Assembly: GCA_963666515.2 (NCBI GenBank)
Contig: OY762897.2
Coordinates: forward strand, 3,936,001 to 4,000,000
Source of the DNA: Candidatus Binatia bacterium
Lineage (GTDB): Bacteria; Desulfobacterota; Binatia; UBA9968; JAJDTQ01
DNA length: 64,000 nt
Direction of reading: 5' to 3'
Shown here one piece after another: positions 27,538 to 37,486 of the stretch (the stretch's first letter is position 1; every line of letters starts with the position of its first letter). Under the pieces are notes generated by a model that had not been told where the DNA came from, ran no database searches, and saw only the letters and a program-made list of their open reading frames with translations. Made by a program: the position numbers and the translations under genes.

Positions 27538-29202
27538 CTGCTCGGATGGCGCTTGGGCAGCTTGTCGAGGCTCTTCAGGCTCTCCAGTCGCTCCTTCCAG
27601 GTCCGGCCTCCTCAGGAACAGCGCCGCCGCCACCGACAGCGCCGCGGCCGCGGCGATCACCATGAACGCCTCGCCCACCGCCCCGGACAGGGCGGACACG
27701 AGAGAGTCGAGCAGCATGTCGGCTACGCCGCCGGCGTGTCCGGCGGCCTCCAGGTCGGCGCCGAGCGCATCCCTGGCGGCCGGATCCATCACCGCCCGCG
27801 GCTCGGCCGTCAGGGCGTCGAGGCCGCCCGGCGGGAGCGCCGCCCTGACCGCGTCGGGGAGCGCCGTCTCCAGCCTCCGCGAGAATCCGTTCGCCATCAC
27901 CGCGCCCATGACGGCAAGGCCCAGCGTGGCCCCGATGGATCGGGAGAACTGAAGCGTGGCGGTGGAGGCCCCCACGAGACTGTAAGGCACCGAGTTCTGA
28001 ACCCCCACGTTCATGGTCGCCAGCGTGCCGCCCACGCCGAGGCCGAGGACCGCGACGTACGACGCGGCCCGCCAGAGGCCGGCATCCTCCCCCAGGGTGA
28101 CGAGAAGAAACGCGCCAGCGGCCGTGATCCCCGTGTTCACCAGCGCTTCCACCCTGTAGTGGCGGCGCTCCCCGCTGAGCCGGCGTCCCGCCAGCGCGGC
28201 CCCCAGCAGCACCGCCAGCAACATGGGGGTCATGAACACGCCGCTGCGGGCGGCCGAAGCGCCGAGCACCGCCTGGAAAAACAGGTTGGTGAAAATGATG
28301 CTCCCGTACAGCACCATGCCGGTCAACAGCAGCACCGCGGCCCCGGCGCTCACCATCGGGTTGCGGTATATCTCCAGCGGCATGATCGGCGAGCGCGCCC
28401 TGGACTCGACGGCCACGAAGGCTGCGGTCATGGCCAGTCCGAAGGCCATGAGGCCGATCACCTCGGCCGAGGTCCAGTCGTATTGGACCCCACCCATTGA
28501 AAACGCCAGCAGCAACGGCACCACGGCCAGTGTGAGGCACGCCGTTCCGGGATAGTCCAGGCCGCGGTGCTCGACCTCGGACGCGATGGCCGGGAACGTT
28601 CGTGCGATCAGCGCGAGCACCACCAGCGCCGCGGGCACGTTGAACAGGAAGATCCAGTGCCACGAAAAGGCGTCGGTGATGAGCCCGCCCAGAACCGGCC
28701 CTATCGCCACGGCCACGCCCAGCACCATCGCGCCCAGCCCCTGAGCCTTGCCCCGTTCCTCCGGCGGAAACAGGTCGGCCACCGCCACGAGGCTGTTGGT
28801 CGCCAAGGTGCCGCCGCCGATGCCCTGGATGGCGCTGGCGGCGATGAGCTGGGTCATCGACTGGCTCGTGCCGGCTGCCAGGGCGCCGATGATGAAGACG
28901 GCCAGGCCGAGCATGAAGAAGAGCCGGCGCCCGTACATGTCGGCAAGCCTGCCCACGATCGGCACGGCCACCGCGGCCGCCACCAGGTAGGCGGTGGACG
29001 GCCAGGTATAGCGGTCGAACCCGCCCAGTTCGGCGACGATGCGGGGCAGCGCCGTGGACAGGACGGTCTGGGCCAGGGTGGACAGGAACAGCGCAAGCAA
29101 CACGCCGGTCGTCGCCCACCGAAGCTGCGCCCCGGAGAGCCTTGCGCGGTCCGCGGCCACCGGCGGATCGCCGCCAGGTTGCTCTTCATCGCGTCGTTGC
29201 AT
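27532..29202 (-). CDS. MFS drug:H+ antiporter, DHA2 (EmrB/QacA) family
   Basis: GRLADMYGRR motif A, GPVLGG motif C, WHWIFLFNVP, many TM helices. Confidence 0.92.
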   Translation of the reverse strand: MQRRDEEQPGGDPPVAADRARLSGAQLRWATTGVLLALFLSTLAQTVLSTALPRIVAELGGFDRYTWPSTAYLVAAAVAVPIVGRLADMYGRRLFFMLGLAVFIIGALAAGTSQSMTQLIAASAIQGIGGGTLATNSLVAVADLFPPEERGKAQGLGAMVLGVAVAIGPVLGGLITDAFSWHWIFLFNVPAALVVLALIARTFPAIASEVEHRGLDYPGTACLTLAVVPLLLAFSMGGVQYDWTSAEVIGLMAFGLAMTAAFVAVESRARSPIMPLEIYRNPMVSAGAAVLLLTGMVLYGSIIFTNLFFQAVLGASAARSGVFMTPMLLAVLLGAALAGRRLSGERRHYRVEALVNTGITAAGAFLLVTLGEDAGLWRAASYVAVLGLGVGGTLATMNVGVQNSVPYSLVGASTATLQFSRSIGATLGLAVMGAVMANGFSRRLETALPDAVRAALPPGGLDALTAEPRAVMDPAARDALGADLEAAGHAGGVADMLLDSLVSALSGAVGEAFMVIAAAAALSVAAALFLRRPDLEGATGEPEEPRQAAQAPSEQL

Positions 29203-29379
29203 TGCTTGCGACCCTCGTCGGTCCGAGCCCTTGTCCAATGGTCCGTTCAACAACTTGTTGTACCCGACTGAAAATCCCTTGCCTATTGCTCCTCTTGCTT
29301 CATCTTCCGTCCGCTTTATGCGACAGTGGGGGTAAGATCAGGTGCGAAAATTTCTGAAGCGTCCGCACGGGGATATCAA

Positions 29380-30441
29380 ATGGCCGACAACGGAACACTG
29401 GAGGGCTGCGAAGTCATCATTTCGTCGGACTCCCACGTGATGGAGCCGTCCGACATCCTCGTGGAAAGGGCTCCCAAGGGTTACAGGGACCAAGTGCCGC
29501 GCTTTCCCCGGTTGAAGGTGGGGGAGAGCTTTCAGACCCAGCCGGGCGGATCGGATCCGGACAAACGCATCGCCGAGATGGAGACCGACGGCGTGAGCGC
29601 GGAGGTGCTGTTCCCGACCTACCTCCTGCCGCACTTCGCCATGGACGACGCCAAGCTGCAGGAAGTCTCGTTCCGCGCCTACAACGACTGGCTGGTGGAC
29701 TACTGCTCGGTGGCGCCCAACCGGCTCGTGGGGGTGGCGGCCATCTCCATGTACAATATCGACGAGGCGGTCAAGGAGTTGGAGCGTTGCGCCAAGGCGG
29801 GCCTCAAGGGCTCGCTGATCTGGCAGGCCCCGCGCATGGACCTGCCTTTCTCCTCCGACCACTACCAGGAGTTCTGGGCGGCGTCCGAAGATCTCCAGTT
29901 CCCCGTGCACCTGCACATCCTCACCGGGCACGGCTACCACAAGCAGACGGTGTTCGGTAACAAGCGCATCGGCGTGGAGCCCTACCGCGGCAGCGTCAAC
30001 CTGAAGCTCCAGGAGATCATCAACGCCGTCTTCGACTTCATCTTCTACGGCGTCATGGATCGCCATCCCAAGCTCAAGTTCGTGTGCGTGGAGAACGAGA
30101 TCGGCTGGATGCCGTTCATGCTGCAGCAGTGGGACTACTACTGGAACCGGTTCAAGGGGGAGGCCCCCATCCCCATCACCAAGAACCCCAGCGAGTATTT
30201 CCTCGGCCAGTTCTACGGCACGTTCTTCCGCGACACGGTGGCCGGGCACCACTTCGAGTGGTGGGGTCAGGACAACTGCATGTGGTCCAATGACTACCCC
30301 CACGCCAACTCCACTTGGCCGGAGTCCAAGCGCTACATCGAGCGCGACCTGGGCCACCTGCCGGCGGACATCCGGAAGAAGCTGGTCTACACCAACGTGA
30401 AGAACCTGTACCAGCTCGATATCCCGGACCCGGTTCAATAG
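29380..30441 (+). CDS. Amidohydrolase_2 family protein
   Basis: SSDSH, LHI, ENEIGW, WSNDYPH motifs. Confidence 0.92.
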   Translation: MADNGTLEGCEVIISSDSHVMEPSDILVERAPKGYRDQVPRFPRLKVGESFQTQPGGSDPDKRIAEMETDGVSAEVLFPTYLLPHFAMDDAKLQEVSFRAYNDWLVDYCSVAPNRLVGVAAISMYNIDEAVKELERCAKAGLKGSLIWQAPRMDLPFSSDHYQEFWAASEDLQFPVHLHILTGHGYHKQTVFGNKRIGVEPYRGSVNLKLQEIINAVFDFIFYGVMDRHPKLKFVCVENEIGWMPFMLQQWDYYWNRFKGEAPIPITKNPSEYFLGQFYGTFFRDTVAGHHFEWWGQDNCMWSNDYPHANSTWPESKRYIERDLGHLPADIRKKLVYTNVKNLYQLDIPDPVQ

Positions 30442-30452
30442 TCCGGTTGCGC

Positions 30453-30487
30453 GAAAGCCGCCCGCCCTGGACGGCTTTCCCTTTGTT
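30453..30487 (+). terminator. Probable intrinsic terminator hairpin
   Basis: GAAAGCCG...CGGCTTTC stem followed by CCTTTGTT. Confidence 0.5.
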
Positions 30488-30504
30488 CGTAGGGGGACGA
30501 TCAA

Positions 30505-31593
30505 ATGGCCGACGACGGAACACTGGCGGGCTGCGAGGTCATCATCTCGGCGGACTCCCACGTCATCGAGCCGCCCGACACTCTGGTGGAAAGGGCCCCT
30601 GCGGCCTTCAAGGATCAAGTGCCGCGATTTCCCGAGATGGAGGTGGGCACGGGCTTTCAGGTCCATCCGGGGGGATCGGATCCACACAAGCGCATCACCG
30701 AGATGGACATCGACGGCGTGAGCGCGGAGGTTCTCTACCCGAGCCATCTGCTGTTGTACTTCGCCATGGACGACGCCAGGTTGCAGGAAGTCTCGTTTCG
30801 CGCGTACAACGACTGGCTGATGGACTACTGCTCGGTGGCGCCCGACCGGCTGGCGGGGTTGGCGGCCATCTCCATGTACGACATCGACGAGGCGGTCAAG
30901 GAGCTTGAACGCTGCGCCAGGGCGGGGCTCAAGGGTTCGCTCGTCTGGCAGGCCCCGCGCGTGGACCTGCCGTTCCGCTCCGACCACTACGAGAAGTTCT
31001 GGGCGGCCTCCGAAGCTCTCCAGCTCCCCGTGCACCTGCACATCCTCACCGGCCACGGCTGCCACAAGCGGGTGCAGAGGGCCGTTGAGAAGGACGGCCT
31101 CGACGATATCGACCCGCGCTACCTCATCGAGTTCTACCGCTGCTTCGTCAACATGAGGTTGGGGGAGATCATCAACGCGGTCTTCGATCTCATCTTCTAC
31201 GGCGTCATGGAGCGCCATCCCAAGCTCAAGTTCGTGTGTGCCGAGAACGAGATCGGCTGGATGCCGTTCATGCTGCAGCAGTGGGACTACTACTGGAACC
31301 GGTTCAAGGAGGAGAACCCGATCTCCATCACCAGGAACCCCAGCGAGTACTTCCTTGGGCAGGTCTACGGCACGTTCTTCGGCGACACGGTGGCCGCTCA
31401 CAGCTTCGAGTGGTGGGGACAGGACAACTGCATGTGGTCCAGCGACTACCCGCACGGCAACGCCAAGTGGCCGGAGTCGAAACGCTATGTCGAACGCGAG
31501 TTGGGCCACCTGCCGGTGGACGTCCGGAAGAAGCTGGTCTACACCAACGTGAAGGAACTCTACCGGCTCGACATTCCTCATCCCGCGCAGTAA
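30505..31593 (+). CDS. Amidohydrolase_2 family protein, tandem paralog of 29380-30441
   Basis: Highly similar to upstream gene; SADSH, WSSDYPH. Confidence 0.92.
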   Translation: MADDGTLAGCEVIISADSHVIEPPDTLVERAPAAFKDQVPRFPEMEVGTGFQVHPGGSDPHKRITEMDIDGVSAEVLYPSHLLLYFAMDDARLQEVSFRAYNDWLMDYCSVAPDRLAGLAAISMYDIDEAVKELERCARAGLKGSLVWQAPRVDLPFRSDHYEKFWAASEALQLPVHLHILTGHGCHKRVQRAVEKDGLDDIDPRYLIEFYRCFVNMRLGEIINAVFDLIFYGVMERHPKLKFVCAENEIGWMPFMLQQWDYYWNRFKEENPISITRNPSEYFLGQVYGTFFGDTVAAHSFEWWGQDNCMWSSDYPHGNAKWPESKRYVERELGHLPVDVRKKLVYTNVKELYRLDIPHPAQ

Positions 31594-31618
31594 CGCAAAG
31601 CCTCCGTCACTGGAGCCG

Positions 31619-32404
31619 TCAATGCATCAGCCGGCCCCCGGAGACGTTCAGCGCCTCGCCGGTGGTGTGGGACGAGTCGCCGGAGGCGAGGAAAAGGGCG
31701 GCGTTGGCCACCTCTTCGTGCAGCGCGTGCTTCCGTAGCGGGGTTTGGGACAGGACGTTCTCCCACAGCTCCTCGAAGGAGACGCCGAGGCCCTTGGCCC
31801 GCTCGGCGTACATCTCCCGCAGGTCGGCCTCGTCCATGCCGCCGGGACAGATGACGTTGGCGCGCACGCCCGAGGGGCCGGCCTCCTTGGCGATGGTCTG
31901 GGTGAGGCCCAGCAGGCCCCACTTGGCGGCGCACAGGGAGCCGCGCAGCGCCATGCCCTCGCGCCCCGCGGTGCCGGAGATGCTGACGATGCTGCCGCGC
32001 TTCTGCTCGATCATCACCTTGAGGGCGGCCTTGCAGCAGAGGAAGATGGCCTTGAGGTTGACGTTGAGGACCTGGTCCCACTCATCCTCGGTGATCTCCT
32101 GCACCTGGACCATGGGGCCGCGGAAGCCGACGCTGTTGACCAGGATGTCGAGCCGGCCCCATCGGGCCACCACGTCCGCCACCATGCGCTCGACTTGCGT
32201 GAAGTCGGTGGCGTCGGCCGTCACGGCCGCGGCCTCGCCTCCCTTCTGTCGGATGGCCTGAACCACGCCGTCGAGTTCGGACTTGGTCCTCTCCAGGTCC
32301 ACCAGGGCGATCTTCGCGCCCTCGCCCGCGAAGGTGTGGGCAATGGCCTCGCCGATGCCGCGGGCCCCGCCGACGATGACGGCCACTTGATCTGTCAGTT
32401 TCAT
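31619..32404 (-). CDS. SDR family oxidoreductase
   Basis: VGGARGIG, LDILVNS, GVRANVICPG; catalytic YxxxK appears as LCAAK. Confidence 0.9.
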   Translation of the reverse strand: MKLTDQVAVIVGGARGIGEAIAHTFAGEGAKIALVDLERTKSELDGVVQAIRQKGGEAAAVTADATDFTQVERMVADVVARWGRLDILVNSVGFRGPMVQVQEITEDEWDQVLNVNLKAIFLCCKAALKVMIEQKRGSIVSISGTAGREGMALRGSLCAAKWGLLGLTQTIAKEAGPSGVRANVICPGGMDEADLREMYAERAKGLGVSFEELWENVLSQTPLRKHALHEEVANAALFLASGDSSHTTGEALNVSGGRLMH

Positions 32405-32425
32405 GGTTCCTCCCAAAGACCCCGC

Positions 32426-32457
32426 CCCCTGGATCCCGGCTTTCGCCGGAATGACGG
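32426..32457. repeat. REP-like palindromic element
   Basis: GGATCCCGGCTTTCGCCGGAATGAC, reverse complement of GTCATTCCGGCGAAAGCCGGGATCC-type REP, intergenic. Confidence 0.7.
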
Positions 32458-32580
32458 TGCGAGGGGTTCAGCGCTGCTTTCATACGAACGACGGGTTTGC
32501 CGGGCTGACAGTATCAATCCATCCCGCCGCCATCAAGCCGCCCCTAGCGCGGTCACCACGTCACCCTGGCCGGGATGGCT

Positions 32581-33564
32581 TCAAGCCGCGCCGAGCGCCG
32601 TCACCACGGCGATGACGCCGGCGACGGTGATGCCGGAGAAGATCGTGGTCCAGAACACCACGTCGCCGGTCAGCTCGGTGTCGCCGTCGAGCTCGATCGT
32701 CAGGATCAGGGTGTTGACCGCGGTGGGGGCGGCGGCGCCGATGATGAGGTGGGCGCCTGGCCAGGGCCAGAGGCCGAAGGCGTAGACCGCGAGGCCGATG
32801 AGCGCGGGCAGGGCCAGGAGCTTGATGCAGGCGACCGGCACCACCTCTCGCCAGCGGCGCCAGCGGGCGCCACGGGCAAGCTGCGCGCCCAGGGCCACGA
32901 GCATCATGGGCACCAGGGCCGAGCCCAGAGAGCGCAGGGGAAAGGAGGCCCAGACCGGCAGGAAGTCAACGCCGTTGAAAGACCGCAGGCGGATCTCTCT
33001 CAGCACGAAGGAGGCCACCAGTGCGTAGATCATGGGGAGCCTGAAGATCCCCATGGCGTCCCAGGCGCGGCCGCCCTTGGCCACCGCCAGCACCATGTAG
33101 CCCAGGATCCAGATCAGCAGGTTGCTGAGCATCACCACCAGCGCCTGGAGCTGCAGGCCCGCTTCCGCATCCGGCTGGCCCCGGAAAAGCGTGCCGCCCT
33201 CGATGTAGAGCAGATGGGCGACCGGGACGCCGAAGTTGCCGGCATTGAAGACGATGCTGCTGAGGATGGCGGCGGCCACGGTCTCGTTGGGCATGCCGAC
33301 GGCGCGGCCGCCGGCGAACAGCAGCGCGCCCACGGCCCCCAGGACGATCAGGAAGACCAGGGTGATGAGCCAGATCTGGCCCCAGGGAATGTCGCTGTCG
33401 TAGATCTTGATGAGCACGAACGACGGCACCAGCAGCCACATGCTGACGCGCGCGAGAGTCTCCAGGCTCAGCGCGTGGTACCGATGGATCAGCGTGCCCA
33501 CGCCCACCGTGACCAGGAGCGGCAGCAGGATGTTGTAGAGGATCTGGCCGGTGTGGTGCAGCAT
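32581..33564 (-). CDS. AEC (auxin efflux carrier) family transporter
   Basis: FNAGNFGVP and AAPTAVN motifs, about 10 TM segments. Confidence 0.88.
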   Translation of the reverse strand: MLHHTGQILYNILLPLLVTVGVGTLIHRYHALSLETLARVSMWLLVPSFVLIKIYDSDIPWGQIWLITLVFLIVLGAVGALLFAGGRAVGMPNETVAAAILSSIVFNAGNFGVPVAHLLYIEGGTLFRGQPDAEAGLQLQALVVMLSNLLIWILGYMVLAVAKGGRAWDAMGIFRLPMIYALVASFVLREIRLRSFNGVDFLPVWASFPLRSLGSALVPMMLVALGAQLARGARWRRWREVVPVACIKLLALPALIGLAVYAFGLWPWPGAHLIIGAAAPTAVNTLILTIELDGDTELTGDVVFWTTIFSGITVAGVIAVVTALGAA

Positions 33565-33610
33565 CAGTCGGAAAGCGGGAGCGACCGGCCTGCGCGGGAG
33601 GAAGAAACGG

Positions 33611-33646
33611 CGGCGCCTCGGGATTCCGAGGACCCCCGAGGCGCCG
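33611..33646 (-). terminator. GC-rich hairpin after cupin gene
   Basis: 12-bp stem CGGCGCCTCGGG/CCCGAGGCGCCG. Confidence 0.45.
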
Positions 33647-33670
33647 GATAGGGACTACGCGACTAAAGGA

Positions 33671-34162
33671 TTACCCCGCGGACTCCGCGAAGAACTTGCC
33701 GGGCATCTCGATAGGCGGCAGCGTCTTGTTCTCCTCCGAGTCGGAAGGGATCTCCTTGCCGTCCGGGCCGAGGCGCGCGTCGTCGCCCCGCGGGGGCTTG
33801 GCGTCGATGCCGCAGCCGATGCGCAGCACCACGAGGTTGCCGTCGCCGGTGTTGAGATAGCGGTAGTACGCGCCCTTGGGGATCATGATCCCCTGGTACT
33901 TGTCGATCTTCAGCTCGTTGCCCTTCTCGTCGAACACCGACATCTGCCCTTCCAGCACCACGAACGAATGGTCCTCGTCCAGGTGGCAGTGAACCGCGTT
34001 CTCGCCGCCCTCGGAGTTGATCTTGGTGTGGATCCACATGTTGTCGGTCTTGGCCACGAGCTGCGTGACCCGGCCCTGCTGCATGTAGGGGGTCTTCAGC
34101 GAGTACCTGTAGGCCTTGGGGTGCTCCTCGACTACTTCTTGCTTCTCGGCGAGTGCTTCCAT
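33671..34162 (-). CDS. Cupin domain protein
   Basis: GGENAVHCHLDEDHSFVVLEG and IPKGAYY cupin motifs. Confidence 0.85.
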   Translation of the reverse strand: MEALAEKQEVVEEHPKAYRYSLKTPYMQQGRVTQLVAKTDNMWIHTKINSEGGENAVHCHLDEDHSFVVLEGQMSVFDEKGNELKIDKYQGIMIPKGAYYRYLNTGDGNLVVLRIGCGIDAKPPRGDDARLGPDGKEIPSDSEENKTLPPIEMPGKFFAESAG

Positions 34163-34240
34163 GGTGATCTCCTTTCCGAACTTTCCTGTTCTTTCCGTCA
34201 ATGATGATGGCCCGCCCGGGCGGACTCGGACGCCTTTCTC

Positions 34241-35302
34241 TCAGGCGTTGATACCCTCCAGCTTGAGGTCGTAGAGCCGCAGCACGTTCTCGCGCACGAC
34301 CTTGCGGAAGATGTCCTTCGGCAAATGCCCCAGCTCGTCGGCGATGACCTGGCGGGAGTGCGGCCAGGTGGACGCCGCGTGCGGATAATCACTGGACCAC
34401 ATGCAGGTCTCGCTGCCCCACCAGTCCAGCAGGCGGCCGCCCGTGGGGTCGCTGAAGAAGGTGGCGTAGAACTGCTCGTTGCAGTACTCGCTGGGGAGCT
34501 TCTTCATGTGCGGCAGCGGCGCCCGGGTGGCGTGGCGCTTGAAGTACTTGTCCCACTCGTGGAGGTAGAACGGGATCCACGAGATCTCGTTCTCCACGTA
34601 GACGAACTTGAGGTCCGGGTAGTTGGACATGGGGCCGCCGAAGACCAGGTCGAACAGCGTGTTGGCGGCGTCCGCCAGCTTCTGGTTCACGGTCATGCGG
34701 TAGATGTCCAGCCCGTGGCGCTCGTAGCGGCTGTAGTTGAAGCCCGTCAGGATGTGCAGGTTCACGGGCATCTGGAGATCCTGGGCCGCCTCCCAGAACG
34801 GGTTGTAGTGGTCGCTGGTGAAGGGGAGGTGCTCCGGCGGCACCTGCCAGATCAGGACGCCCACCAGCCCGGCCTTCTTGCAGCGCTCCATTTCCCTGAT
34901 GGCGTTGTCGATGTTGTAGAGCGAGACCGACGGCACGCCCACCAGCTTGTCGGGGTGCACCTTGCAGTAGTCGATGAGCCAGTCGTTGGCGATCTCGAAG
35001 CAGGCCTCCTGAAGCTCCGCGTCCTCCAGGGCGAACAGACGCAGCCCCAGGGTCGGGTAAAGCACCTCCGCGGACACCCGGTCCACCGCCATCTCGTCGA
35101 CCCGCGCCTGCGGGTCGTAGCCGCCCGGCTTCTCGCCGATGGCGTTGCGCGGCGGAAACTCGGGATATTTCCCCTTGAAACTCGCCGGCAGGTTGTTCAC
35201 CCAAAGGTCCGTGGGCTCCATGATGTGGGAGTCCGCGGAAACGATGATCTCCTCGGCCAGGTCCTGTTCGGTGTTCGTGGCGGTCGGCATGCTTACACTC
35301 AA
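34241..35302 (-). CDS. Amidohydrolase_2 family protein
   Basis: SADSH, LHILTG, WSSDYPH; RBS AGGAGGA. Confidence 0.92.
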   Translation of the reverse strand: MSVSMPTATNTEQDLAEEIIVSADSHIMEPTDLWVNNLPASFKGKYPEFPPRNAIGEKPGGYDPQARVDEMAVDRVSAEVLYPTLGLRLFALEDAELQEACFEIANDWLIDYCKVHPDKLVGVPSVSLYNIDNAIREMERCKKAGLVGVLIWQVPPEHLPFTSDHYNPFWEAAQDLQMPVNLHILTGFNYSRYERHGLDIYRMTVNQKLADAANTLFDLVFGGPMSNYPDLKFVYVENEISWIPFYLHEWDKYFKRHATRAPLPHMKKLPSEYCNEQFYATFFSDPTGGRLLDWWGSETCMWSSDYPHAASTWPHSRQVIADELGHLPKDIFRKVVRENVLRLYDLKLEGINA

Positions 35303-35474
35303 GTTGCGTTCCTCCTCTTTCCCTTGTTGGTTCAGGTACTTCTTATGCCTTTTGGGGCCACTTTGTCCACCGCTTGAGCGGGCCGGTGCACTCGCGGGTC
35401 CAGTGTGTTATGCAGGACTCCTGCACCCGCGGCGGGCGCGCACCCGCCGCCAAATTCACCATCGGAGGCACTTC

Positions 35475-36431
35475 ATGACGACCATGATCACGGGCGCGGG
35501 GCTGGTGGGCTCCCAGATCGCGCGCATCCTCGTGCAGCAGGGCGAAAAGCCCGTCCTTTTCGACATCGCACCCAATCTCACCGCGCTGGCGGACGTGGCG
35601 GGGGACGTGAATGCGGTCACCCTGTTCCGCGGCGACCTGTTGAACCCCTTCGACCTGGGCAAGGTCATCAACGAGCACGGCGTCACCCGCATCATCCACA
35701 CCGCCGCCTACCCCAACCTCGGCACCGGCGCCCAGGAGAACCCCTACGGCGCCATCCAGGTGAACATCATGGGCACCGCCAACGTGCTGGAGGCGGCGCG
35801 GCTCCACGGCGCCGGGCGGGTGGTGATGATCAGCACCGCGGCCGTGGCCCGGGGTATCGCCGGCGGCGAAGACAACGGTGACCAGAGCAAGGAAGAGGCG
35901 CTGCCGCGTCCCAGCTCCTTCTACTCCGCCACCAAGTGGGCCGGCGAGAACCTGGGCTACAACTACGCGCGCTCCCACGGCGTCGACTTCCGCGCCGTGC
36001 GCTTCCCCAACGTGTGCGGCCCCTGGATCCCCGGCGGCGGCGGACGCCCCAGCGCCATGTTCCGCACCCTGGTGGAGAAGTCGGTGGACGGCGTCGAGCA
36101 CACCGTCCCGCCCGGCGTCATGGAGTGGCTCTACTCCAAGGACGCCGCCCGCGGCGTGGTCCTGGCCCTCCAGGCCGAGGGCGTCAAGAGCCGCGTCTTC
36201 AACTTGGGCGTCGGCCGCCCCTACGACAACCAGGAACTCATCGACATCTTCAAGCAGGTGGTGCCCGGAGCCAAGCTCGGCATCGACGCAAGCGCCACCA
36301 CTTCGCAGACCTCCTCGGTGTTCCTGGACATCACGCGGGCGCAAACCGAGCTGGGTTTCGACGCCGAGTACGACATCCCCGCGGCGGTCACGGACTTCGT
36401 AGGGTGGTACCGGCGGCTAAGGGCTCGATGA
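35475..36431 (+). CDS. NAD-dependent epimerase/dehydratase
   Basis: ITGAGLVG, HTAA, NIMGT, YSATK (YxxxK). Confidence 0.9.
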   Translation: MTTMITGAGLVGSQIARILVQQGEKPVLFDIAPNLTALADVAGDVNAVTLFRGDLLNPFDLGKVINEHGVTRIIHTAAYPNLGTGAQENPYGAIQVNIMGTANVLEAARLHGAGRVVMISTAAVARGIAGGEDNGDQSKEEALPRPSSFYSATKWAGENLGYNYARSHGVDFRAVRFPNVCGPWIPGGGGRPSAMFRTLVEKSVDGVEHTVPPGVMEWLYSKDAARGVVLALQAEGVKSRVFNLGVGRPYDNQELIDIFKQVVPGAKLGIDASATTSQTSSVFLDITRAQTELGFDAEYDIPAAVTDFVGWYRRLRAR

Positions 36432-36497
36432 TCTGCAGGGGATGGGTTTCAAACCCGCCCGCCTGCCGGGCACCGCGTGAAGAAAGAGGACAACGCC

Positions 36498-37382
36498 ATG
36501 TCTGACACCACCGACTACGCACCTCCCAAAGTCTGGAAGTGGGAACGCGAGAACGGCGGCCGGTTCGCCAACATCAACCGGCCCGTCTCCGGCGCCACCC
36601 ATGAGAAGGAGCTGCCGCGCGGCAGGCATCCGCTCCAGCTCTACTCGCTCGGCACCCCCAATGGCGTCAAGGTGACGATCATGCTGGAGGAGCTGCTGGC
36701 CACCGGACACGGCGGCGCGGAGTACGACGCCTGGGTCATCAACATCCGCGAGGGCGACCAGTTCGGCTCCGGGTTCGTGGCCATCAATCCCAACTCCAAG
36801 ATCCCGGCGCTGGTGGACTACTCCACGCCCACGCCCACGCCCACGCGTGTGTTCGAGTCGGGCTCGATCCTCCTCTACCTGGCGGACAAGTTCGGCGCCT
36901 TCGTCCCGCAGGACCCGTCGGGCCGCGCCGAGTGCCTGTCCTGGCTGTTCTGGCAGATGGGCTCCGCCCCCTATCTCGGCGGCGGCTTCGGCCATTTCTA
37001 CGCCTACGCCCCCTACAAGATGGAATACCCCATCGACCGCTTCACCATGGAGGTGAAGCGCCAGCTCGACGTCCTCGACAAGCGGCTGGCCGGGAACCGC
37101 TACCTGGCCGGCGACGCCTATACCATCGCCGACATGGCCGTCTGGCCGTGGTACGGGGTGCTCACGATGGCGGACAGCCTTTACGGCGCCGCCGAGTTCC
37201 TCGACTCGCAATCGTACAAGAACGTGTTGCGCTGGCGTGACGAGATCGCGACGCGAGCCGCGGTGAAACGCGGACGCATCGTCAACAAGACCAGCGGCCC
37301 CCTCGACCAGCAACTCCGCGAGCGCCACGACGCCTCCGACTTCGAGCTGCGGACGCAGGACAAGATCGAGGCGGCGGAGTAG
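36498..37382 (+). CDS. yghU: Glutathione-dependent disulfide-bond oxidoreductase (GST Nu class)
   Basis: YAPPKVWKW, LYSLGTPNG, NPNSKIP, FESGSIL, ERHDASDF. Confidence 0.92.
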   Translation: MSDTTDYAPPKVWKWERENGGRFANINRPVSGATHEKELPRGRHPLQLYSLGTPNGVKVTIMLEELLATGHGGAEYDAWVINIREGDQFGSGFVAINPNSKIPALVDYSTPTPTPTRVFESGSILLYLADKFGAFVPQDPSGRAECLSWLFWQMGSAPYLGGGFGHFYAYAPYKMEYPIDRFTMEVKRQLDVLDKRLAGNRYLAGDAYTIADMAVWPWYGVLTMADSLYGAAEFLDSQSYKNVLRWRDEIATRAAVKRGRIVNKTSGPLDQQLRERHDASDFELRTQDKIEAAE

Positions 37383-37486
37383 CACACCGGGGTCCGGCGA
37401 GTATTTCCATAGCGCGACGGCCAGGACCTTGCTCGTCGCGTGCTCAGGTCGGGTGGAGCCCCCTGGAACTCTCAAGTAAAGAGGAA

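Noticed and set aside
33622-33631. GATTCCGAGG identical to the start of the CRISPR repeat
   Set aside because: 10-mer inside a hairpin loop; chance match
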